This document shows positions 1-12,100 of a stretch of DNA of 64,000 bases, in pieces. The DNA is taken from positions 558,001 to 622,000 of the forward strand of contig JAQGDQ010000094.1 of the NCBI GenBank assembly GCA_030141605.1, read 5' to 3'. Every line of letters starts with the position of its first letter. The stretch's first letter is position 1. The position numbers and the translations under genes are program-made. The notes beneath the pieces were generated by a model. The model did no database searches. It was not told where the DNA came from and was given only the letters and a program-made list of their open reading frames with translations. This stretch comes from Tubiluchus corallicola (taxonomy: Eukaryota; Animalia; Priapulida).

Positions 1-519
1 CTGCATGAAATTCACAAATCCTACTTTCTGAGTGACTTAAATTTAAATACTTATCTGTTTTACCTGCGCAATATAATACAAGTGATGCATTCTGAATCCC
101 CTCTTGAGTTCAGTGGTTGCTGCGATAGTTTAAGCACCATACAGGACAAGACTGCTTCTATCCTCCCAAGACTTGTCATCCGACTGTTTCAGGCGCCAAT
201 GTGAAGGTTTGATAACACCTCAACGATAGATTGCTCTCTATGTTTTGTGTCTAATCTAGTCAGCTATTCAGTTTAATCATAAAGGTTTACTCACATGCAA
301 AACGTTAACAGTTTGTAGATTTCAAATCTTACCCATTTTAATTTGGCAATAATTAGTAACTGAGTCAATCATTTTAGTTGGCGTGGGTAGCTCTTTTAAA
401 GCTGGTTTAATGTGTCCCAGTTGTTTGGTCTGCATGGTAGTTTATCTTCAGGATGAGGTATTCGGACCGAGATCTCTCATCAACCAATAATTCTGGTTCA
501 ATCCGTTTACTCATTACTG

Positions 520-890
520 CATACCAGTTCTAACACTAGTGTTGCGAAGGTGGCCACGAGGTCCAGAGTTCAAATCATATCATTCAAACAATGTTGAGTT
601 GTAGTTGAGAAATCAACTCAAATTCAAAAAAGTTAAACAGAAAATTAAAATGAGAGCTAGCCAGAACCTTTTCCTGCGTTTCTCATGCTGATCATAATTA
701 CAGAGCAGGTGCTTTGATGGTACATGCTCCCACACACATATCCATTTGTGCACTAAACCGTATTCCATACCATGTAGCTACTATTATAGCTGCTATGTAG
801 TGCTGATATGGAATGGTTTCCCAATAAGTTGAATCATCAGAATGTGAGGTTGGGGTGAAAATAAATGACCTTTCGTTCAGCAGTAACAAT
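520..890 (+). mobile_element. Degenerate tRNA-derived SINE, copy A of a 3-copy family (others at ~24490 and ~45060); boundaries approximate
   Basis: B-box-like GAGTTCAAATC at 566. Blocks CAGGTGC, CTGATATGGAATGG and GGGGTGAAAATAAATG (852-867) recur in the same order in the other two copies. Confidence 0.5.
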
Positions 891-1195
891 GTAACAACGT
901 TGTAAATATCCTCAAATTGTATGAACATCGTGTGTATGATACCTGCTGACTGTCTTAATGAATGTATAGGCCTAGTATACTGATTTGGAATTGCATGTGG
1001 TGAAAAGAAGATTACAAGTAGAGGTCGTGAGTCTGGGACAGAGCCAGGATTCTAACACGATTGTCCGATTTTAGTAAAAAGTACAAATTTGAGGATTCAT
1101 TGACGATGCGCACTTTGGAATTCCATAATCCGCTCTGGCAAATCACAACGTTTGCAGTGCGCCAGGCTGGTGAAGAGTTTAAATGCGAAAAAGAA

Positions 1196-1380
1196 ACTTC
1201 CGTGTTTTTCAAGATGGTGGCAGTTTCGCGGATCAAAAGTTGCTAAAGTTTGTTTGCGACTTCGTGTATTATTGATTATCGGCTCTGCAGCTACTAAAAT
1301 AGAATTGGTTTTAAGAACATTGAATGCTTTGATTATCTGCGATTGTACTGAACACGGTTTAGAGTTTTAGAAAAAGGTGT
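1196..1380 (+). promoter_or_regulatory. Probable LRRFIP promoter and non-coding first exon
   Basis: ETS-type ACTTCCG (1196-1202) next to YY1-like CAAGATGGTGG (1210-1220), locally more CpG, and candidate donors at 1377 (gtgtgt) and 1381 (gtaaga). The first coding exon at 3033 has an acceptor, so an upstream exon is needed. Confidence 0.4.
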
Positions 1381-2036
1381 GTAAGACTAACAGTCTAGAT
1401 AAGTTGACTCACTGTTGGAAGTTTGATGGGTCCACGATGGCATGCCATTAGCAGTGCTTTAGTGCAGATTTGCAAACCAGAATTATTTTTAAGATAGCAG
1501 ATACATTTAGATAGTACTCGCACGACAATGATTAGTTAGGCCGTCAATAAAATCTCTTGTTTCATTGATGTATTGAGAACATATCACCCCAAGTTACATT
1601 GGCACTGTATAAAACAACGAACTTCACACGATCGTAGACTCTGCTATTTTTTCTCTTGTGTCAGGTTCTAGTAGGAGACAGCACACAATAAACAACAATG
1701 CAACGAAATTGTAAGGCAAAACTTTCTTTGTTAGAACTGTATTGCTTTTGATTTTTGTTGGTGCATTGCAGTAAAAATGTAATTATAATTAAATTTTGGT
1801 AATGGTTTTGTGCAATTGTATCGTGCTCTCTTAGAAACAAGACCAAAACTCATGAATTATAATGTAGGATAGATGTGGAATGTACAGATACAGTCTTAAC
1901 TGGTGTTAGTGTTGAAATTTGCAAAACACCGAGTGTGTGTAATTGACATTTACAAACAATGTATTGTCATTAGCATTAATTAATGTCAATTTTTACATTT
2001 GTACCACATTTAATTGAATTTTGATATTGATCCTTA

Positions 2037-2235
2037 GTGCTAGATGCTGTTGTTTGTTCGGAAGTTTAAGTTTCTTAAATTCTTAATAATGCTTTAAGTG
2101 TCTTAACAAAGTGTAGGCTATTCTGTCTGCTATTTGGTGCTAGATGCTATTGTTTGTTTGGAAGTTTGAGTTTCTTAAATTCTTAATAATTCTTATGTGT
2201 CTTAACAAAGTGTAGCTATTCTGTCTGCTATTTGG
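2037..2235. repeat. Tandem duplication, two ~100-bp copies
   Basis: gtgctagatgct...ttcttaaattcttaataat...cttaacaaagtgtag...tattctgtctgctatttgg starts at both 2037 and 2137, with a few differences. Confidence 0.9.
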
Positions 2236-3033
2236 GTGTTGATTTATTCTCCTTTGTAATGAGAGTAGTATAGACCAGGTTTCCCCGTCAAGGAGCCTTT
2301 GTAGTTGCTGCTTAATAACTGATGTTGTGTACGTATTTTTTCTTACTATTGCACAGTTGTGAAATTAGCTATTAGTGGGTATTAATAGCTAATTTTTGGG
2401 GAGCCATGTAGCTGCCATGAGTTAGATGCATTTTCTAATTTCGTGCACATCAGCTTTGTTTAGCAAGTATTATTTCCTCACTCGGCGATGAGGCTTTGTG
2501 GAAGAGCATGCGCTCATGGCAGGTCAGCCATGATTAGTGAAATTATATTGTTAAATAAATGTTCTGTATACTTTTCCCACTAGTTTTTGCATTTTTTTGA
2601 CCACCAGTGAATGCCTATTTACTACCTCAATGAGTCAGTGAATTGCCATTGCAGTTAAACTGTTTATAGTGATTTCTATTAGTAGTAATATTTAAGTGCA
2701 TATGTATGTTTTTAGGTAAATATGTTTGAAGTTGCTATCACAACTGTTATTGATTACCAAATATCAACTGTTTGCTCAGAGTATCCATTCTGTTACTGCT
2801 AATCCCTGGACATTCCTAGATGCACATTAGGTGCTCATAAATGCAGTTTTTCCCTCAGGGGTCTTTTTATCTGTACATGGAAATCTCTACCAAAAAAATT
2901 TCCCCTTACATTGAATACTGAAATACTAAATGGCATGTATAACTATTTTCATTTATTTATTACAGAATGTTTTGAAAGCTATGTAATGCCTCGGAATACA
3001 TTACAAAACTGGTTGCATTAATTTTTTTTCAGA

Positions 3034-3138
3034 ATGTCGAATTCTTCACCATCTAGTTCTACGCCTGGCAGTGGCAGACGAAGAGGGGACCGCCAGTACG
3101 CAGCAGAAGATGATGCACTTAGCAAAATAACTAAAGAG
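3034..3138 (+). CDS. LRRFIP2: LRRFIP coding exon 1 (MSNSSPSS...AEDDALSKITKE)
   Basis: Acceptor ttttcag|a then ATG; donor GAG|gtaaga, phase 0; matches the LRRFIP2 N-terminus. Confidence 0.9.
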
Positions 3139-6100
3139 GTAAGAACGTCTTCTTTCTTGAGATAAACTGATTCAAATTAGATTTGCTACTGTTGTTGGTC
3201 TGCTTACAGTTAAATTCACTCATAATGCCCTATGCACACCATTACGTAACATGGAACACAGTTTTAAATAATTAAGAAATCAAGCTAGAATAATGTGTGG
3301 GACATTCAGAATTTTTTTCTGATTAAATGCATTGGCATTACATTACTCACAGAATTAGGCTTAGAAGACTATAGAGGCATGCTTATCCAGGCCTGGCTTA
3401 GTTTTATCCATCAGTTGGAACTTTATTAGTTGATAAAGTTTGACCTGCATCAAGTATTATTTGCATTTTACCGTTTACTTACTGAACTGCAGCAAAAAAA
3501 TTGGTTAAACTTGCATATCAACAGCTGGGATTGAAGTGATAGTGACAGTTGATAATTTTCTGGTGGTTGGATGACTTGTGAAATTTGAAGTTTGACAATC
3601 AAACTAAAATCGTGTGCTTGTGCCATCTCTAACAACTCTTGCAGTTGTGGATTAGCCTCTTATCAGCGTCAGCTAAGGATGCTTGGTGATTGCTCATTCG
3701 ATGGTTTGGTTAGCTATATCAGTCCTATATACATATATAAAGTAAACCTAGTTTTAATCAGAATACGTTTCATTGTATATTACTTACATATTATTTTTAG
3801 TAATATTATAAATTTGTTAATTGGCTTTAGTAGGCGACTAGTATTTTCATAATTTGTATTGTTTAGCAGATCTATAACATAGTTGTTTCTGTCTTAGAAG
3901 TTGTGAGTTCAATAAAAATGTCATCTGTCATTATCCTACTGGTGTGTGACATTAAAGATAAAATTGGAGTAATAATAATCACTGTCATGTAGTTGTAATT
4001 CCTTATTTACACTCAACGGTTACAAGTAATGTCATATTTTTCTAGTATGCTTTCGCAATGGAATGAACTTAACGAATTTTTTTTATAAAAGATAGCCTAC
4101 GAAAATGAAGTAAGTTTAAAAAAATTTTAATCAAACCTTTGTAGCACATTTTATAGTATTTAAAACATGTGTACTTATTGTCTGATTAGGTAGAATTTGT
4201 AAAATTATGCTAATTTAGTTACTCATACGAGAATAACTGCTTTCCAGTTAGATGATTTGTACTGTAAATAATTTTCGACCCAAAGTTATCAAGGTTTAAA
4301 TAAGCCGTTTTACAGTTCCATGATGATGATTGATGATGATTGTGAAAACGTCAAAGGTTAAGCATACCAGACAAAGCATTTGTGTATACTTTACAACACC
4401 TCGCAGCCTAAGCTAATGTAATAAGTACTAAGAGTTTTAACAGATAGCTAGATCCGTACCTAGTTCATTTTTTGTAATGTATAATTAAGCAAAGTCCATG
4501 TAAAATAACTGAAGTTACTGAACTGATGCAGCAGAGCTTTGCTTTACCCACAGGTCATGTGACCATTATAATTAAGACGCGTTGCTGTGGTACACTTAAC
4601 TTTTGACCTGCAGTAACTGTGTGTGCACACAACGTAGCTGTGAAAAGGCTTATTAATAAAGCACACTTTTCAAAATTGTCAACTGTGTCATTTTTTGCAT
4701 CAATTTTCAAACTATATTATTTAACTGTTTAAGTGGATGCAAATTAATGCTTGTTTTGAGCATGTAGGTTGGATGTTTCTATATTTGAGCTAAAAGATTT
4801 GGGTGGAACGTTAATAAAATAAAACACTCAAGTTAGCAAATTTGTAGGTATTTTTGAATACATATATTAAGCATACAAACCGATGAAGGTTAGTAGATTA
4901 TTTTACTGTTTACTGAGGGAAGTGCTGAAGTGTCTGTAGATTTATATTGTATTTGCTTTAGATTTTCGCTTAAAGGCCTTTTCTTTTGTTTTTACTAAGA
5001 TACAGTAAAACATGAGCATTTGTATAATGTTGCATTGTTATTGACCTGTTGTTTGCTTTCTATGCCAGCAGCTTTGCTTTCTATAAATTTTAATAATGGT
5101 CTGGCCATAAAGTTATTCCTGGGTAGCTGTAGTTTATTTGATAAGATTTGAGTCTTGTTACTGAAACTTTGTTGTAAGATTGTTGTATGAGACAAATAAA
5201 TTCCGTTCCGTTCAAGTTCAGTTCTGCCCTTTGGTTTCGGTATTGTTTATTTTACTTTCAGTTTCTTGCATAAACGCATGTAATATAAAATTGCCGGCCA
5301 ACTTTTGAATTATTATGTTGTTTTTCTTCACATGGTAAAAACACCATTTTCACCAATAGATTGTCATGTATTAGTAGAAATGTAGTTGTAATCAAATTCA
5401 TTCTCTGCACCTGGGTTACATATGCATCCATTTTAAAATGCTGACCCCTCTATGGGTTTAGTTGTGTCACTCGTCTAGCCGTCCTCTTGTATTCAGACAG
5501 TGTTACAAGCATCTAGGTTGCACAGCGATCAGATTTGCAAAAGATTTGGTAATCGTTCAACCGCCTGCACCTACCTACCTTTGTGAGTGCTTGGTTCTGC
5601 GCATTAGCTACCAATACCTGTATTTTAATCTATACCTTATCGTAGCGCTTATCTTAGCTGTTTACATTGACCTGTTTTCGGTGTTCACAGTAGCATTTGC
5701 TCTCGGAGGCTAGTCAGTTGACATCACATCCTGCGATACCGGATGGGAGCTTTCTTCCTTACTTTCCAGTAAATTAACAGAGTTAAAAGTGGTTTGTGCG
5801 GTTTAGCAATTGACGCGTGAGTCTGTTTAATAGATTTCTAACTTTGCATTGGAGATGACCAAGTTCTGAAAGCGGAACCAAGTAAAAAATGTGCCTCAGG
5901 CAAACGGGTTAATTGCAATGTGTACATAATATCCCAGTGTAAGCAAGTTATGCCTCACAGATCAGGTCACATGTGTATGAGTTTAAGCTCTCAATGTACA
6001 CGTCAATGCGCTGACGATTAAACTCTTCTCGTTGTTGGGATTGTCTTGCATAATTGTTGTTTATGAAGTAAAGATCATGACATTTTGGTAAAAATTGTGG

Positions 6101-9100
6101 TTATTTTCAATTGGGTGTGTTCCGTGTTTCGCAGCGGACTTTAGACTGCACACGTATTCGTGTCTGCAAGTGAAAACACACACAGTGCTCTGTACTTGAG
6201 ACCAAGCTGTTTCGTTTACCTGTTCTTATATAGCAAGTCATATTGCCTGAACGCTATTTGATGTATTCTTCACTAATCCGCAACATTACCATAAATACGT
6301 AACGATCAATAAATCAACTGCTTTATCAGGGTGTAACATAGACCTTGTATGTGTTTGCCTGGCATTAAATACCCACATGATTTTAAACAACGCAGTGTGG
6401 TTTATTTATTCTTTAATGTAGCTTGATCATTGCCTAGCTAGAACAAAAGAATTCAGTGTGTTGGTTATCCTCGTACTACAGCAGTGCATTTGGATTGTAT
6501 AAAGTGTATAAAGGTACATTGTGTAAAGTTGGCTGTAACTTCATAGGAATTTGCAACGAATATGGAAACTGTGATGGTTTGCCGTTGTTATACGATTTTG
6601 ACCTAGGGACAACAAAAATGTCTGGATTTTTTTCTAAAATTTTCTCAAAAAGACATTCATCTTCTGACGTGGACGAAGAGACAACAGAAAAGGTAGAATC
6701 ACCCAGAAAAGGAGAGAAACCAAAGCGAACTAAATCTGAGAAGAAAAGTAAGAAGAAGGGGGGAAGCTTCTTGGTTGAAGAAGTGAGTAGTACTAGAGAA
6801 GAATTAACAGAAGATGCAAAAGAACATCTGGAGGCAAGTAATGACCCAACAGAAAACTTTGGCAGTAGACATGCAGGCAAAGATTCTAAGCCAGATGATA
6901 CAGTATGCATTCAAGACATTGATATAAATATTGTTGAAAACACAGATGATTTGGATGCAAATGAAAGCAGCATTGGCTTTGAATGGGGTGAAGAAGAGGA
7001 AAGTTTACTTGAAGAAGGTGATGATGTAGAAGTAGCTGGGTCTTCCATTTTGTCCAATGAGGAATTATTTCTTGAAAAGGAAGGCAAAAAGGAAACTGAT
7101 TCCGGAAAAACAGATCTACAGAAAGATGATCCGGGTGTTCTTATAAAAGATGAAGTCAAAGGAAGCAGTTTCTTGGAAGGTGTTTTAATTGCCCTAGAGC
7201 AAGATAAGCAAGTGATAAATATTCACGAAGAACAGGAATGTTTGTTAAAGACTGCACAAACAATGAGTGTACAGAAAGATCATTTTATGGAAATAAAGCA
7301 AAGTGATGAACATGTTTTGAGTGATGACACAGCAATATATTTACTGCAAGATAAGCAGATTTCTCTTGAATTTCAGCCAGTGAATTCTTTTCCAGAAGTT
7401 GTTAAAATGGAAAATCAAAATTCAGTTTCCGAAGTTACTGATAACAGAGAGGACAATGAATCATTTGAAGGGGATGCTAGTCATTTGGAAGAAAAAGCTA
7501 TACAGCACATCAGGGTTAATGACATAACTGATGTAAGAGCCAAAATCCAAGAGGAAGTAAAAAGTAGTACTATCATTGACTCGAATTTTATTTCGCAATC
7601 ATTCATCGATCAGAGTGGTGATGACATTAAGAAAGATCTGTTTATTGAAAACAATGTTTATGTTGAGCCTGTTGGTAGCTGCGATGAGGAAAATGGTAAA
7701 CTAGAAAATTCACCAGACAGAGCTTTTACTTCAAAAAATACGAGCGAGCATGCAGATACTAAGGAGGAACTTTGTATAAAAAAAGAAACTGCAGTAGAAA
7801 GTGGAATAGTGAATACTGATGATTCTGGAAAAGTTGACCTAAGTCCTGTTGATAGTGATAATAAAATTGGTGTATTTGGCACTCCCGGCATCCTTCATTC
7901 GAGTGGTATTTCTTTTGGTGAAAATGACAGATCAAAACTACCAGCTGAGGTTAACCTTGAAGACATTTCAATCCTAAAAAGTGAAAATCACCTTTCTAAT
8001 GATGATACTCAACAAGAACATTCCAGTCAAATCTCTGGCTCTAGTTTAGTTCTTGAATGCTCGATTCAAGGTGCAAACAAAACAGGAGGCAATTCACAAC
8101 ATTCCAGTCAAGACATAGATGTGAGCTCAAGTCAAGAACACTTCCCTCGGGAAATAGACAGTACCTCACGCCAAGAACATTCCTTTCAAAAAAACAATAT
8201 TAACTCGAATTCAGAATCTTTTACAAAAGAAGTAGTCAGCAGTGAAGACAATTCAGAATGTTTTACTAATGAAGCAGACTATAGCTTAAGTTTTGCAAGC
8301 AAAGTCAACATAAGTGCTGGGAAAGTAAAAATTGCAATTAACAATGGTAATAATTATCCTCAAGAAATTCTGCTCGATAATCAAGATGAGAAGAAACACG
8401 TTTGTGTAACGTCATTTGTGTCTGATAAACTTCTTTACCCTGATGGTCAACCTTGTGATGACAATACTGGTAAAACAATAGAAAAGAATGAGTTACCAGG
8501 AGGAAGCAATGAAACTGCAGATATGAAACTAAATATAGTACATGCCAGTCTTGGTACAGGTCCTTGGGCTGCTGTCATTGAAAGTGATGACAGAAACCTT
8601 GTGTGCAGCAACACCATTAAGCAAACAGGAGTAGTGGAAAATTCATCAATAACTATTGTAGAACAAGACGTAGGAAAAAGAAATGATGCTGTCTTAAAAG
8701 GAAATGAAGAAAAAGGTAGCAGCTTTGGTGATGAAGTGAAGACAGAGGGAAGACAAGCAGCAGTTAACAACACTGGCTTTTTGGTTGATTCCGAACACCA
8801 AGATGAAAAATATGTAGACGATAGCTTAAATGTTACTGCTTCTACAGGTATCAATATAAATGCAAGTGTTGATGAAGATGTGTTTAATCTTGGTAACTCC
8901 ATATCTGAGTCTGAGGAGTATACCATTGTACACGATGAAGAGAAAGCATTGAATAACCAACCTATGACAGATGCTACACCAACTTCCAAAGTGTATGACT
9001 TAGATACTGTTGGAGTGGAAACTGCATCTGTAGACGATTTTGTTGAAGAAGCTGCTGATAAAGAAAAAATAAAAAATGAAACAAATGCTAATGTCAGAGA

Positions 9101-12100
9101 AGAGCAGGCAGATAGCTCTTTAACTGATAAAGAGAAGATCAAAAAAGAAGTTGACAATAGACATGAACATCAAGGTCGGAGACGGCTAAAATCGGCTGAA
9201 GCAGAAAAGGCTTCTGACTCCACATTTTCTGTTGCCCTTGGTAACACTGATGAGGTGCTTCTTATTCTTTTTTTTTAAATTTGTTATTTCGTTTATGCCA
9301 TATCTGATTTGTGACTGAACTAGAATAAAAATTTGTAATGATATTAGTCTTTCATTGCATAATAATTGATAATATTAATGCTTATTTAACAACAAGTCTT
9401 TAACATGAAACAGATTTAGATCTTGATCAGGTATGGGACCATAACTCTTATTACAGGGCCAAGCTTTTTGGGTAGGAAGTTAATTGCTTAACAGGACTAA
9501 CAGTTGAGTATTTAAACTGTGTTCATTCTTATATTGTGCATTTTGCAGTGTACTTTTTATGGCCAGAAGAGAAAATGCAAACCTTGTGTTAAGGTGGATG
9601 AGAACAATCAGATTACAAAAACGCCTAAGTGCATTAATTATTAGCAATGATTATGTTTTTACCATACCTTGCCATAATAATTGTAAGAAACTCTGATTAT
9701 GTGTAGAACCTTTACTGTTTATTCTAGTTTCCTATCATTTTTCTTTTCTGTAATATTAATTCACATAAATTGATTATTAGAATTTTGAATTTGTCTGGCT
9801 CATTTTTTTGGAGAGCAGAAAATTCTTGTTTTCTCCTTTTCTGATTATCAATTTCTTTATCTGTAATATTTCCTCATTGATGTTCCAACTCCACCTTTAC
9901 AGCTAAATCAAAGTCAGACTAATTGAATAACTTTTGCTTTTGTAGGCAGAGCAACGGCTGGCAGCAAAGAGAGCAGCAAGGGCAGAAGCAAGGAAGATTC
10001 GAATGCGGGAGGTAGAACGGCAGCAAGCAGAGGTATAATATATTATGTGCTTTGTCTTTTTAAAGTAGGTGTAGCTTTAAGTGCAGTATTCTTCAAATGT
10101 TTTTACTGTTGAGCTGTATTCTACCTGCTGTATTTCCTGTGCGAGTGACAATTTTAATGCCTTTATTGGGCATTAATTTATACTGAAAAGAGATTCTATA
10201 TGCATTTCTACAGCTTTTAGCCAGTTTTGGGACAGTCATAATTGGGGAGTGGACATAAAAGATCAAGTTGAAACGTTCAAATTCGATTGAAACAAGTTTT
10301 TTAGTTCAAATTCAACTTGAAATTTTAATAATTGAATCTAGTGATTTAACACTTCAATTACAAAACTTTAAACAGAGATAAAATTTTGTCTGCAGTTACA
10401 AAATTATTAACTTGGATTAGCCTTTTGTACAATTTCCATTTATTAATTTACTTTTTTAGTAACTTGTAGCTAAATTAATGTTTTTACATGCAGCATTATT
10501 TTTTTTATTATTGAATTTGATTCAAATTTGAGTAAAATCAACTTTCAAGATTCAATTTCAAACCTTAAAAATAGATTTGGTGCATGTTCGCCCCATTCAT
10601 ATTTTCTTGTTTGCTATACTAGACTTCATAGATAACTGATACCCCAGTAAATCAGCAATGATGCAAAGTACTGGTGTTACTGATACATTTGTTATTCTAT
10701 TCAGGCTGAATCAAATGAAGTTCGATATCGTGATGCTGCAGATGGAACTCCCAGGGTATGTTAGTGATGTCATTCCAAACACACACGCATTCCATTCTTA
10801 ACTGACACCTTTTTAATTCTTACACAGTTACATAATGTCGTTCTTAAGACACGCACAATAAATGATGGTATTTATTTCACACTGAGTGAAGGATGTCACT
10901 CTTATTCTTAACTCCCTGTCGTAAATAATATCATTCTTTAATTGCTTGAGGAAATGATGATATTTTTAACTTACATACAGGAAATTATGTCAGTTTTACT
11001 TCACACTGAGTAATGATGCACTCTTTACTCAGATACAGTTAGTTTTGGTCACTATGCCAGAAAGCATTATATGGACTCACATTTTCTTGAACTTATTGCA
11101 CAGAAATCTTTATAAATAGGTTTAATCTTACACCATTTTGCACTTCTTTAACTGAATGATTTTTTTTGTTCTAGACGTACACATCACGGGCTGGATCCGA
11201 TTCATCTGTACGTTCCGGAAGGCGTGGTAGTGATGGTAGCGAATCAGAGGTTAAAGAACTTAAGGTAGTAACATTTCATTTTAAGAATTAGTTCATAGTT
11301 ATTAGTAATCATTGTCAATATTTGTTGTAAAATAAGACAAGAAAAGATATTTATTCAGGATAACTTGTTTGAGCAAAGCTCGTTTACAACAAGGTTCTGA
11401 TTAGTGCAATGTTTGCAAACACTTTTCAGGCTAATGCCAAAAGAAACATATATTTTGAACAAAAACAAAACGCCAAAATTTAAAAGCAGTTCAAAAAGAT
11501 AAAGTTTAGAATGCACAATACAATTAATTAGAGTAACACTCTTGATAAAAATTTTTAAGGTGACCGTTAAACAAGTTAATATTGCTACTGCTCCTTAATT
11601 CAGTTGACAAAGAATTCTCTACTTTAACCCTGCTGTAGTTTAGAGATTTTTGTCCAACTTGTGTTCGGCATAACAGTATTTGCAATTCTGACTGACCTTT
11701 TTCGATACTGATGTGAATATTCGAGAAAGTGTTGATTTAAAGGGTTTTGGTCACTTTTAAGAATTTTGTACATAAAGTATGCCATTTGCATTAGCCTTCG
11801 GATTTCCAGTGGTAACCAGTTTAGTGCATTGTGATAATGTGTTCGCATGCGTCACATTTTAAAATAATTCGTGCATCCCTGTTATGCATGATCTGTAATC
11901 TGCTCAGTGATGTAGTTTCAGCAATAATGTACTATGATAAACAGTAGTCAAAATATGGTAGCATTAAACTGTTATGAATCGGCATTGCAGCAAGTGGAGT
12001 GAGATTTTGACGAGTTCTACAGAAATAACCAATGTTTTTATTAATCTTACTTCTCACGAAATCTATATGCGCTGTAAATTTTAAACTAGAATCATCTATT

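Noticed and set aside
6456-6617. N-terminal 54 codons of the 940-aa ORF
   Set aside because: Starts at GTG, which is not a normal eukaryotic start; composition differs from the rest of the ORF; the first ATG is at 6618.
6476-9157. Minus-strand ORFs 6476-6910, 6911-7159, 7658-7891 and 8447-9157
   Set aside because: Ser/Phe-rich antisense shadows of the Glu/Lys/Asp-rich + strand ORF.
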